Below are positions 21,281 to 33,343 of a stretch of DNA of 40,678 nt, one piece after another (position 1 is the stretch's first letter; each line of letters starts with the position of its first letter). The DNA is from Octopus bimaculoides (taxonomy: Eukaryota). Position numbers and translations under genes: made by a program. The notes below the pieces were generated by a model. The model saw only the letters and a program-made list of their open reading frames with translations, did not search any database and had not been told where the DNA came from. The stretch is from assembly GCF_001194135.2 (NCBI RefSeq), contig NC_068997.1, forward strand, positions 50,597,264-50,637,941. The letters run 5' to 3'.

Positions 21281-21861
21281 CAAGAGCCATAAATTAATGC
21301 ACATATTACTTCAAACAGCCAAGTTTAGGTTTCGTCTTCTCTTGTAATTCTATTTATAACAACAACAGTTTATTGTAATAGTAAACCAATCGGTACTTGA
21401 CTAGTATTGAATCTTGTCTCTTCCTAGAAAGACAGAACGTAGAGTTGATTTCCACATGATTTGAACTCAGAATGTAAAGAGCAGCAAGGAAATACCACAA
21501 GGCATTTTGTCCGACTCTGACAAGTTTGGTAATTTACCGACTTTCCTTGAATACATCCGTCATTTATTTTACTTGGAATTTTGGTAAAATTTGAAATACA
21601 ATCTGGCTGTTTGGTTGACCTTGGTTTAACACTTTAGTGGTAAATAAGCAAGTTGCAGAAATGCCATGAGAGAATGAGAAAGGAAGACAAGGAAGCAGAG
21701 AGAGAGATAGAGAGACAGAAAGAGAGAGGAAGATAGACAGAAAGAGAGAGAAAAACAGATAGATGGACACAGATGAGCAGAGAGAGAGGGAGAGAAACAG
21801 ACAGATGGACAGACAGAGGGGGAGAGAGAGAGAGAAAACGAGAGAAGTAATAAGTGCCATA

Positions 21862-22012
21862 TATCATCATCATCGTTTAACGTCCGCTTTCCATGCTAGC
21901 ATGGGTTGGACGATTTGACTGAGGACTGGTGAAACCGGATGGCAACACCAGGCTCCAATCTAAATTTGGCAGAGTTTCTACAGCTGTATGCCCTTCCTAA
22001 TGCCAACCACTC
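21862..22012 (-). mobile_element. RTE-type 3' tail repeat
   Basis: near-identical reverse complement of 185-325. Confidence 0.85.
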
Positions 22013-22819
22013 AAATATTTGGTGAAAACCAGAAATATCACTAAATTTTTCTTTATTCTATTCCAGAGAAACTAATGGAGAGAGACAGACAGACAGACCG
22101 TGAGAGAGGGGGAGGGACAAGTGCCATACATTGATCTAAATATTCAATGTGAACCTCAGAGATAATGCTGAAATTTTCTTTATTCTACAGAAACTAATTA
22201 TAACTGTTCTATCAAGAAATGGTCAGGATTTTATTTCTTGAAACTGTTAGAGAGGGCAACTGCATAAAAAAAGAAGGAAATCTTCCTCCCATTAATCTTA
22301 AAAGCCCCCTAACAAAACTCAAAGGCAGTGCTTTACTTCATGTGACTGAAGCCATTGAAATATTTGCATAATGATGTGCAGCGATGGTGAGCTCTGTTGG
22401 GGGCAGATGTATGACAGAGTTGGGTTTATTGATGATGCAAAGCCTTGGTTAAGCTTTTCATGTCTACGTCCCCTTTGTTTTTATTACTGACCTGTGAGTT
22501 ATAGTGGATGCAGGCATGGCCAAATGGTTATCGCTTTTACAATAAATACCACTGTGTATTTATACATTTCATGTCATGTGAAGAGACATAATTCCAATCT
22601 TAATGTCAGCTTTTCCAGGTTTGCATTTACTGGACGAAGTTTATTGAAGCAGATTTTCTAGAGCCAGAGGTTCTTCCTGTCACCAACCCTTACCTGTATG
22701 AAGGACAACATTTGTATGTTGGTGACACTCGTTTACAACTATCTTGCAAGATCCTTTGTTTTTCACTTTAAGAAATTTTTTTTCTGTAGTGGCAGAAGGA
22801 ATTACAAATTTTAAAATAA

Positions 22820-23222
22820 GGAAGGTATGTGGTCATGTGATGCATATGGATGAGGACAATCTCTAACTGTGGAGGGAACCAGTGGAAGAGGTAGACTCAG
22901 GGAGACATGGGATGAGGTGGTGAAGCATGATTTTTTTAATGGGCCTCACAGAGGCAACGACAAGTAGCCAAGACAGTTGGTGATATGCTGTGCTTGAGAA
23001 GACTTGTCACACCTAGTGAAATCATAGTTGTGGCCATTGCAAAGTGTCAGGTAAATGGCACCCATGCTGGTGGCACGTAAAAAGCACCCATTACACTCTC
23101 AGAGTGGTTGATATTAGGAAGGGCATCCAGCTGTAGAAACCATACCAAATTAGACTGGAACTTGGTGTGGCCTTCTAGCTTAACCCATGCCAGCATGGAA
23201 AGCAGACGTTAAATGATGATGA
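22820..23222 (+). mobile_element. RTE-clade LINE 3' end (C-terminal ORF remnant plus 3' tail)
   Basis: remnants read GHVMHMDED..TVEGTSGRGRLRETWDEVVKHD..GLTEA..YAVLEK, a typical RTE C-terminus (GRPRKTW), followed by the shared tail and (GAT)n. Confidence 0.75.
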
Positions 23223-23494
23223 TGTGGGTTTTTAGGGACAACATACAATGGGCCCAGAGAAAACAAATTTTCTAACAATATCACAAAGTATTTACTCAAA
23301 AGCACTCAACAGGTTTACGAAACAGAAAAATATCCCACTAGTATATTGTTACGTAATGCTTAAAGCTAAAATAAAATGCATACATGTTAAGTGACACTCA
23401 AATAACAGTATATTATTATTCCAAAAATTAACATTTTGACACACACAAACAGTTAACCCAAGATTAGGTCATTTTATGTATACATATATATGAA

Positions 23495-23880
23495 TAATAA
23501 AATGAATCCTAAAGCCTCCTACAAGTTTGTGAAAAGATCTGTTAAGTGCACTACAGAATAGAGACACTGTTTGACCAAAAAAGCAGCTCAGTAATTGTAG
23601 AGGATAAGTGAAGTGCTAAATAAACAATTCCAAAGTGTCTTCATCACTCCACTGGGAAATATGCAAATAAGGAAGCCTGATGAGTTTTTCAACACCACAC
23701 ATCTACAATTATTCAACATTCTGCCGAGCAACCTCAGAGATTTGTGAAGAGTAGTTGGAGGTCTTCAAAGAGCTTCTGGACAAATTTTGTACTTGAGATA
23801 TCAGATGAAGCCACATCATAACAGGAGACATGAAGAAGAGCAGCTCCATCCAACTCACTACTTCACCAGAAACATTACAG
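23495..23880 (+). mobile_element. CR1/L2-like LINE remnant with internal deletion
   Basis: IKMNPKASYKF...SEVLNKQFQSVFITP (pre-RT region) joined to LFNILPSNLRDL..VFKELLDKF..ISDE...RAAPSNSLLHQ (C-terminal region), with stops and frameshifts. Confidence 0.55.
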
Positions 23881-23971
23881 AAACTAAAACTCACTGAAAG
23901 GCAGTGCTCCAGCATGGTCTCAGCCTTTGGTTGAATGAAACTAGTAAGAAATAAAAGGTGTGTGTATATAT

Positions 23972-24591
23972 ACTTTCATTTGTTTCAGTCATTTGACTGC
24001 GGCCATGCTGGAGCACTGCCTTTAGTCAAACAAATTGACCCCAGGACTTATTCTTTGTGAGCCTAGTACTTATTCTATTGGTCTCTTTTGCCGAACCACT
24101 AAGTTACAGGGACGTAAACACACCAACATTGGTTGTCAAGCAATGATGGGGGGGGGGGGAACAAACACAGACACACACATATGTATGTATGTATATATAT
24201 ATATATATATATNNNNNNNNNNNNNNNNNNNNNNNNNNNNNNNNNNNNNNNNNNNNNNNNNNNNNNNNNNNNNNNNNNNNNNNNNNNNNNNNNNNNNNNN
24301 NNNNNNNNNNNNNNNNNNNNNNNNNNNNNNNNNNNNNNNNNNNNNNNNNNNNNNNNNNNNNNNNNNNNNNNNNNNNNNNNNNNNNNNNNNNNNNNNNNNN
24401 NNNNNNNNNNNNNNNNNNNNNNNNNNNNNNNNNNNNNNNNNNNNNNNNNNNNNNNNNNNNNNNNNNNNNNNNNNNNNNNNNNNNNNNNNNNNNNNNNNNN
24501 NNNNNNNNNNNNNNNNNNNNNNNNNNNNNNNNNNNNNNNNNNNNNNNNNNNNNNNNNNNNNNNNNNNNNNNNNNNNNNNNNNNNNNNNNNN

Positions 24592-24634
<43 letters not shown>

Positions 24635-24672
24635 CGGGCTTCTTTCAGTTTCCGTTTACCAAATCCACTCAT
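23972..24672 (-). mobile_element. SINE family A with expanded (TA)n/gap in the internal microsatellite
   Basis: tail at 23972-24150 and central block gacgggcttctttcagtttccg at 24633-24672 flank the gap. Confidence 0.75.
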
Positions 24673-25174
24673 GAACCATCTTTGATCATAGGGTTTGCTA
24701 CATGACCTGGGCTGAGCTGAGACTAAAAAAAAACACCACCACTACATAGATACAAATTAGGAATACAGTCAATTTCTGTTATGTAATTCATTGAAAATAG
24801 CGTCGGATTGCTCTCTGTATCATAAATTAATTGTGACTTTTTTGTCTTAGCTAAAATTGTGACTTTATTACCGGTCACCGAGGAGAAGGCGTCATTCACT
24901 CTCTTTTTCAGTCTAGCCCTCCATGTCATACGGGAAGTTTGTGTGGTTCAATGACGTCGTACTAATATCGAAGTGTTGCCCAAAAGTTTTTAAAATGTTA
25001 AATTGTTTTGATATATAACTCTACACAAAAAACATTTACATATGCACGGTATGTCTATATGAGTATATATATATATGGAGAATCGTCGACTGATCGCTAA
25101 ATGATGCAATCAGAGAAAGTGAAAGTGGATTTTTACAGTCAAGAAAACCGCCCAATGTCGCAATTTTATAAATA

Positions 25175-25206
<32 letters not shown>

Positions 25207-25259
25207 GATAGATAGATAGATACGTTATTATCATTAAAGCTACAAAAATATCACTAAAA

Positions 25260-25310
25260 ACGTTCCTATTCGCCTATATATATAATATATATATAGGCGA
25301 ACAGGAACGT
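25260..25310. repeat. Palindrome with 24-bp arms and one mismatch, centred on (TA)n
   Basis: acgttcctattcgcctatatatat / atatatataggcgaacaggaacgt. Confidence 0.9.
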
Positions 25311-26860
25311 CCTTTATATATAATATTTATTACTAATGATATATAAAATCTTGAGTGACTTTGTAACTTCTGCCGATTAAATCAATATGAATTCATGTTC
25401 TTTTAGTCCTATCTATCTATCCTGTTTGTATTACCAACCCCCACTCTCTCTCTTTCTCATATTGTGAGTTTTTTTAATAGTTTAGTCTCGTTATTTTGGG
25501 TTCTTCATTCATATAAACTGGAAAATGTTTGTGACTTCATAGTTTGTGAAGATCGCTTACTTCGGTATTGTTTGATTTTCTTCACAGGTAACCTAATTAG
25601 GCTTGAACAATGCTTAGATAATGGTGTCTGGTTTTGGGAGGTTCTAAGACAGCAAATACATACACACATTCGTTCATACATACATACAGACAGACAGATA
25701 TTCCTGGTATGTACATCTACTTTTTCAGGAGACAATCGGCAGAACACACACAGAATAATTTAAACCGAAACGAACAACGCAAAAGGAACCATTCGTGTAT
25801 TATATTGGAATACAATGTATTTCTTTTTTGTTATTATTCAATTGCATTGTGTTTCTTTCGCGAAAGTTTTTTGTTTTTTTATTTCTCGTATTTAGATGGA
25901 AACAAAAAATAAATAAACGAACAAACAAATTCCTCGCATTGCTTCGTGGTTTCCAACCGCATGGTTCCCGGCTCCGTCAGATATTCTTGGCGGCGGGGAG
26001 CGATGAAGAAATTCTTTTTAATGAACCCCAAATTATAATTGAGGGCCAAAGCCACACATTTTTTTAGCGTGCAGGGGAGATATTTAATAAAATCGACCTC
26101 AGTATTTAACTGGTACCCATTGGATCCAATGAGTTGGTCTTTAATCGCTCTGAAATCACAACACCTCAGGTATTTCACAACATAGGTCTTTCTCAATAAA
26201 TATGACTGAGTGAAATCTGGTACTGGAGCCAACGAGGAAGAAAGCCTCTATATAGTTGCTCAAACAGTTAGAAAGAGCAGCTAAATCTCTCTGAAACCAC
26301 AACTTGGCGCATTAAAAATAAAGACACGCTCTGTCTTTATGTATATAGTTATATAGTTATTAATCCAGAGGGATAGCAAAAATGAACTTGAAAATGCACA
26401 GAATATATCATAATTAATTAGAATTTAATTACATTTTAAAATATAAGAATACACTTGACCGGTTTCACATCAAATTTCAAAAGTGTAGTGTCTCGAATTA
26501 TGTTTATTGTGGCCGTTATATAATGGAATGGCTTTTGGTCAGAAATGACAGGATGACCATCAGCAGAAACAATAACACAGAGGTGTGTGTGGGTGTAGGG
26601 GGCATATTTCAACTAGGGACCCCAACATGTGAGTTAAACTTAGAGCTGAAATGCTAATTAATAATAACTAACAAGAATTGTTAATTAAATTAAGATATTT
26701 CTATGTTAATTAATGGCGTGGGATATACAAATATAAACTTGTAGTGTAGTTACATAAGCATTAAAGACCGTAAACAAATCTATTATAATTTCATTCACAT
26801 CACTGTTTAAATTCAAAGTTGCTTGGTCTGTGTAGAAGGAATACAGAAAGGAGGGGGCCC

Positions 26861-27067
26861 CAGAGTTCTCTCAAAGCTGCGCGCACACGTTTTAGAACGA
26901 GCGCACAAAGAAAAAATGTGCGCGCACATGCTTTTTCAAAATGAAATTGAAGTTTTTGAAATTGAAGATGGTTACTCGCAAAGGTGTGCACATACCACGC
27001 ACAGAAAAACAAAATTTGCACACAAGCAAATTTCTGCGCACAAAGGGAAAAATTAGAAGGAGCAATG
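26861..27067 (+). mobile_element. hAT (Tip100/Zaphod-like) MITE remnant
   Basis: ends cagagttctctcaaagctgcgcgc and aattagaaggagcaatg resemble CAATGTTCCCTCTAA-type TIRs; internal gcgcac repeats; no TSD seen. Confidence 0.4.
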
Positions 27068-28191
27068 GAGGTGGGGTCGCATTTAATCGTAGACGATAGG
27101 TTCAAAGACTAGGGAAAATAATATTGCTTCAATTACATGCCACCAGTCATCAGACAGAATTATAAAAAAATAAAATTGATAATTTTTAAAAATTCAAATT
27201 GCTTTTACTTTTGTTATATACATATACACACACACTCGGACACGTATATATATAAATATATATATATACATTGCGTAATCATTGGAGAGTGAAGTTCCAA
27301 TTCCCTTATTTCCCTCTGAATGTACTGTGGTCTGGCGTCAGAGAACAGGACTTAACTGCTTATCTATTTATTTTATATATGACATACATAATTGTGGTAA
27401 TATCATAGTTTGAAAGTATGAAAAGATAAAATAAATTATATATTTATTTCTTTTAATTAATGAAATAAGACAGTGCGACGTTCATGCCTTTTCCAATGGC
27501 ATTAGTGACGTCAGGATACCGAAGAGAAGTGAAATTAATTCAATAAAGAATCGAAACCGATTCGCTAGGAAATGATTGTTGGTTTAAAGTGAAAGGAAAT
27601 GTCAAATAGATTGTTTTGGATTTCTGTATAATAATATTAAAAATAATGCTGCCACTTTTTTTTATGTCTGTTTTCTCATTCTCATATTCGAATCAATGTA
27701 AAAACTTTAACGTCTTTGAAATTTGTCCTTGTCATGTACCCTCGTAGCAGTTTAGTTTCGTTTCTCGACGTCCCAAGTTCAACTCCTACCAAAGTCGACA
27801 TCGATCGTCATACGTCCGGGGGCCGATAAATGAGGTACCAGTCAAGTTTCGGTGCCGCTGATGTAATACGACCAAATGAACCCACCTCACAAAAACTGCA
27901 TGGCCTTGTTCCTATGCTAGAAATCGTTATTCCAAGCTGACACGGGTGTTGGAGTTAAATGGTTTGAACATCATATAATTTCGCCTCTACGATTCTACGT
28001 GAAATCCGTCTGGGATCGATAAAATAGAAACCAGTAATATACAGCGAAATCCAATGGAAAATTTTAAAGAATCTATTCTAACGTCCAGGTTTCGTGTCTA
28101 AGCTAAATAAAGCCACAATTAATACAAGCCGATAATTGATTTTTGAAACAAAGTGGTAATATAAACAGTTTAGATAAAGAAATGACCATAC

Positions 28192-28375
28192 CTGTAATAA
28201 TGGATTTTATGACAATGTCGATTTGTGTTAGCTGAACGTAGAGGGTAAGTTAAGCCGGTATGGTACAAGGTTATGGAAGTAATGGCAATTATTGTTGTTA
28301 TTATTATAACAACAGTATAAATATTTTGCCAACACCGAGACACGGAAACAGCTGGATGGGGGCAGCCATGTTTAA
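28192..28375 (-). other. Candidate non-coding first exon of the esterase gene
   Basis: minus strand aacATGGCTGCC (YY1-like) and gtttccgtg (ETS-like) near the start; donor cag|gtatgg at 28191; CpG-containing. Confidence 0.3.
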
Positions 28376-29363
28376 AGAGTAAATTAAGCCGCGCACGCAC
28401 ACACACACACACACAAACAAATACATACATATACACACAGACAACAAATATACAAACAACTACATACATACATACTCACAAATACATATAAACATACAAG
28501 CACATACATATACATGTATGTGTTTGTTATGACTCTTATTAGGTTTATATTGCATTATATATTCGACGTGTGGATATTCCTGAATATTGACATGTAAATG
28601 AATAAAAGAGATTTAGAGAAAAAAAATTCTGCTTTAAGAATGTCGTATTTAATTCCTTAGTTGCATATATATGTATGTATGTGCGTGTGTGTTGTGAAAT
28701 AATGGGTCTTTTAAGTATAGGAGAAACAATGGATTTGAAACATTTCTTTAATGTAATAGAAGTTCCATCACACGAGTGACCCTAAAGCTAGCTACCCCGA
28801 ACACAAGAAAAATATATTATATAAAGTATACTGTACAACCGAAGTCATAATTTATAAATTTAATACTTTATTATACAAATATTATTTAAAAATAATAATG
28901 ATAATCCAATTTTTTCTGGACATTTAATTTTATTCTGCGCAGTTGTCTTATCCATTCATTTGTATTAGAAAAAGTTACAAATAATAATAATAGTGGTTTT
29001 TAACCTAAACATTAGACCACATTCTTTTGGGTGAGTGTATTGCAGATTAACTTAACACCAGTACATGACTGGTATTTATTTTATCGACTCCCGAAGGATG
29101 AAAAATAATGTAAGTAAACCCGGCATGGTTTGAACCCGGAACATAATTAATATTAATAATAATAAAAATTAAAGACGAAGAGGAGCTAACTCTCTTTGTT
29201 ATCGAAGAGAAAACGGTGTAAAATCCCTTTGTAAATAAATTACTTGAAAAAAAAGCAAAGCGAAGCAAAATTTAAACCCTACTTTAGTTATTTCTATTAT
29301 TTAAGTCTCAGGAAATTACAGTAATAATTTTTTTTCACTTATGACAATGATTTACTAGGTTTA

Positions 29364-29480
29364 TTCTGGAATAAGGGAATAGTTTGCTTATGTAAGTTCC
29401 GGTTTAAAGGGAAATAATTTATATTGTATTATGATACGGTGTAATTAAGTTCCGGTATGAAGCAGAATCCGGAATAAGCG
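29364..29480 (+). promoter_or_regulatory. Putative MRPL28 promoter with repeated CCGGAA (ETS-core) motifs
   Basis: taagttccggt at 29393-29403 and 29446-29456; tccggaataag at 29468; ttctggaataag at 29364. Confidence 0.45.
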
Positions 29481-29554
29481 AATATATTCCTATGCGAAGC
29501 AGAATATAATAATGGCTCTCTGAACCTGAGCACGCTTCTTAGTGTTAAGTCATT

Positions 29555-30340
29555 ATGATTCGTTACCGCAAATTTTTCCGATGGTCTAAAGAAATCGACA
29601 CTCTTCTACCAGAATGTTACAAACGTTGGTGTCAAGAATTCAATGCAAAAGAACCAACACCAGTCCACTGGAAGCCAGCAGAAGAATACATCAGTAATCC
29701 TAAAATTAATGGTAAAAAACTGAAGGTTGTTAATAATTATCCTTTACCTGTGATATACCCCAAGCAAAGTGATGCTGGTTTGTGGGGTGGCGAAGGATTG
29801 GTGTATGGACTGAGGAAGAAGCGACGTACATCGACCCGAACTCCTTTTCTCTGGCGTCCAAATCTCGAGAAGCGGGCACTGTATAGCGAAATTTTAGAGA
29901 AATGGTTGGAAATAACAGTCACCCAGAGAACTTTGATGATGATAGATGAAGTTTATGGTTTCGATAATTACATATTGAAAACACACGCCGTTGACTTGAA
30001 TTCGAACCTGGGTCTGCGACTAAAGAGACAGATGTTGCTTGCCCTTGCCAGGAGGTCGTTTGCGAAGGACAACTTGCAGAAACAAGAGGAGATCTATCAG
30101 AGGTATAAAGAATTTGTCATCTCCGAAGAGGAAGCCGAATGGGTCGGTCTGTCAGTGAGGGATGCTTTGAGAAAAGCGAATGCTTTACGCATAGCTGAAA
30201 ATCCCATCGTTCCCCTGAAGGAATTATACACAAAAGAACTTATAGAGAAATTAAAAACTACCACTCTCGAAGAACCTAGTAGTGAACCGCCTCAATCGTC
30301 TCTACTTTCTAAATTGAACCCTTTTAAAACAGATACTTGA
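29555..30340 (+). CDS. MRPL28: 39S mitochondrial ribosomal protein L28 (bL28m), single-exon CDS, 261 aa
   Basis: motifs P.PV..P.ES..GLWGGEG, W.P.L....LYSEIL...L.ITVT.RTL..ID..YGFD.YILKT and L.S..G..LKR.MLL.LA, and EEAEWVGL are characteristic of metazoan MRPL28; open frame with no introns. Confidence 0.94.
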   Translation: MIRYRKFFRWSKEIDTLLPECYKRWCQEFNAKEPTPVHWKPAEEYISNPKINGKKLKVVNNYPLPVIYPKQSDAGLWGGEGLVYGLRKKRRTSTRTPFLWRPNLEKRALYSEILEKWLEITVTQRTLMMIDEVYGFDNYILKTHAVDLNSNLGLRLKRQMLLALARRSFAKDNLQKQEEIYQRYKEFVISEEEAEWVGLSVRDALRKANALRIAENPIVPLKELYTKELIEKLKTTTLEEPSSEPPQSSLLSKLNPFKTDT

Positions 30341-32220
30341 AGATTCTTTTTCCATCTTAATTCATTACAAACACACACATAACAAAAAAAATAGAAAAAA
30401 AAACAAGAGTATCCTCGCTTTTAGTGTCCTAAATTCAACCAAAAAAGCCGACAGTTAAAATCTTATAAATGCTTTCGACGTTGGTCACTCGGGGTTTCTA
30501 CACCTTTCATACGCTCCATTCAACACCATTAACATCCCAAATCGAGAGCCACGAGCTTAATTAAAAAACTATCCAAACTTCTCGGCATATAACAGCAATG
30601 TCCAGCATCTGTTTTGGTCATTTTCACAACTGGATGACCGACCATGAAACGAATTATAGTTTAGAACAGTCAAAGCGCAATCAATTGACCAATTTGAATT
30701 AAGGACAGTAAAAGCGAGAAGACCCAAATACAGTTTGTATAGAAGATAAAATCTATTGTTTTTATAATAATTTCACTATGTTGTTTGTGGTTTATATATT
30801 TACTTGGTTCTCAGTTCCTACCGTAACAATTTTTGTTATTCATAATTGGTTCTTCGTTCGTTGAATCTAAATTGTTTGTTGTTACCTACTGACGTTTTTG
30901 TTAAATTAACCAAGGCATGTTTTCTTGTTTCCTTCCATTCTCTTGCGAAATCCTGCATTAGTATTGTTTTTGTTTTCTCGGTTGAATTTTGGAATTGCAG
31001 TCCCCACTTCATATAAAACGAAAAGAGTATCTTTTTCTCGTACTACTTAAATACAGAGGTCCCGACGCCTCTACGTAACCCTAAAACTAACCCTAACCCC
31101 CTAACGAGTGTGCACGGTAAAAACACGGAAGTCTTTCCAAACATCGTTACGTAGATGTTTAGCGGTCTTGCTTCCCATTATAGATGCATCGGGATCATTG
31201 TATTTAAGTTGTGCCGTTTTTCTTTTCTTTTACGATTTCAAAACAATTTCCTTAATTTTCAAATTTTGGAAACTTCTCCCCTCAACTCCTACACCCTTTC
31301 ATTTCCCAGGAAGTGTGGAACTTCAAGAGACAGTTGTCACAAAATTCCGCCGTTTTTTTTTTTTTTTCCTTTGCAGAATTATACCAGTCTGTAACAAAGT
31401 GATAAAGTTCTTTTTATCAAAGTCCGGGCAGTCCCTGGAGTTTGTAGCTATGAATTTCTCTCATACACACACACACTCATNNNNNNNNNNNNNNNNNNNN
31501 NNNNNNNNNNNNNNNNNNNNNNNNNNNNNNNNNNNNNNNNNNNNNNNNNNNNNNNNNNNNNNNNNNNNNNNNNNNNNNNNNTATATATATAAAAATTAAG
31601 GTACTCAGAAATCTGGATGTTTGTACATTTACAGATTGTTATTAATGTCACATATTAAATAAAGCGCTTTTCACCTGGTCGTGCAGGATTTTCAAATTGT
31701 TATGTATATATAAAGGAGACCACTTGTTGGACCGTTAATTTGCTAGAAGAAAATCACATGTAATGCATCTACTAAGACAGAATTGTTCTCAAAGAAAAAT
31801 TTAGCGGAGGTAAAGAATAAGCCCAACACCAGTTTTCGACGTAACCTTAAACCTAACCCGAAACGCCGAAAACTAGTGGTGTGCATATTCTTTACCTTCA
31901 CCTATACGACTTGTGTGTGTGTGTCATATACAAAAGGGATCACAGGCATATGTTTTACCAAGGAAACTCAAATAGAGAATCCCTGGAATGTCTCACAAAT
32001 TATCACTGTTCCACTAATCAAATGATTTTGGAGGATGCAAATCTGCTTATAATGTACTTTTTTTTTTTTTGAAAGCATCAACATTTCTAGGCTTTTATGC
32101 AAATCTGTTTTTTTTATATAACCCGGTGCATTGTAACAACAGTTCGGCATCTCGTCCAACTTTGTTTCCTCATAACTTTCAGAAAATGCATATATTTGTT
32201 AATGAAACTTTATGATTATA

Positions 32221-32617
32221 TTCTTTTACTTGTTTCAGTCATTTGACTGCAGCCATGCTGGAGCACCGCCTTTAGTCGGACAAATCGACCCCAGGACTTA
32301 TTCTTTGTAAGCCTAGTACTTATTCTATCGGTCTCTTTTGCCGAACCACTAAGTTACGGGGATGTAAACACACCAGCATCGGTTGTCAAGTGATGTTGGA
32401 GGACAGACGTACAAACATATACACACACATAAATATATACATGAATATACATATATACGACGGGCTTCTTTCAGTTTCCGTCTAACAAATCCACTCACAA
32501 GGCTTTGGTCAGCCCGAGGCTATAGCAGAAGACACTTGCCCAAAGTGCCATGCAGTGGGACTGAACCTGGAACCATGTGGTCGGTAAGCAAGCTACTTAC
32601 CACACAGCCACTCCTGC
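32221..32617 (-). mobile_element. SINE family A, full length, young
   Basis: reverse complement highly similar to 18401-18794. Confidence 0.88.
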
Positions 32618-33343
32618 ATCTATATTGGTGAAAGCTGGAAGAAAGATTTTTTTTTTCTCCCACATGATCAGAATCTATGTCATTTAAAATGTATTTCTGG
32701 AAAATTTCATTAAAAAATATGCAATTTTAAGAAAGGTATAGCAGACAGTGAACAAGATGCACACTTCTATAAATGGAAGAAATAAAAAAAAAACAGCAAA
32801 AACCTGAAGCGGCAACAAAACTGGAAGAAAATGAACAGAAAGGAAAGAAAATGTAAGTCTGACAATATGTTTACGCACGAACGTTTTCTCTGTTTCTATC
32901 CAGGGAAGCCATGTGTTTCCTCTTCAGCAAGACACTCTTTTCTATGTCTCTATCATATTTTAACCACTCAACACTTGATATAAAGCTACATCCCCCAATA
33001 CTACAATGCCAGTCAATCAATGGGTTTTGCTGGTTATTTGGTGACCTCACTAGTGCTGGTGCTATGCAAAATGTACCCCCTCTGTCAAGTGGTTGGTGTG
33101 AGGAAGGGCATCCAGCTGTATAAACTGTTTCGAAGCCATACATTGGAGCTCTGTGCTGTCGTCTGGTTTATCAGTTCAATAAGAACTTTACATCTTGATC
33201 TAAATCTCAACCCTTTCTTTTTTTCTAATGGAACCCTTGTATTCCTGTTTCTCTCAAATGGACTGTCATAACCATTTGCTGTTTAAAAAATCCTATTATA
33301 TTTTTGCAATCAAATATTATTAGGGATAGTATAAAAAAAAATT

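Noticed and set aside
24723-24929. Minus-strand ORF MTWRARLKKRVNDAFSSVTG as an extra esterase coding exon
   Set aside because: An in-frame stop lies upstream of the ATG at 20164 in the receiving exon, and there is no homology support; at most an alternative UTR exon.
29737-29922. 61-aa minus-strand ORF
   Set aside because: Antisense shadow of MRPL28.
30420-30700. Possible mariner fragment downstream of MRPL28
   Set aside because: No convincing translated motif or TIR pair could be identified.
31076-31105. Telomere-like taaccc repeats (also ~31840-31860)
   Set aside because: Only 3-4 imperfect units; more likely part of a dispersed repeat than an interstitial telomere.
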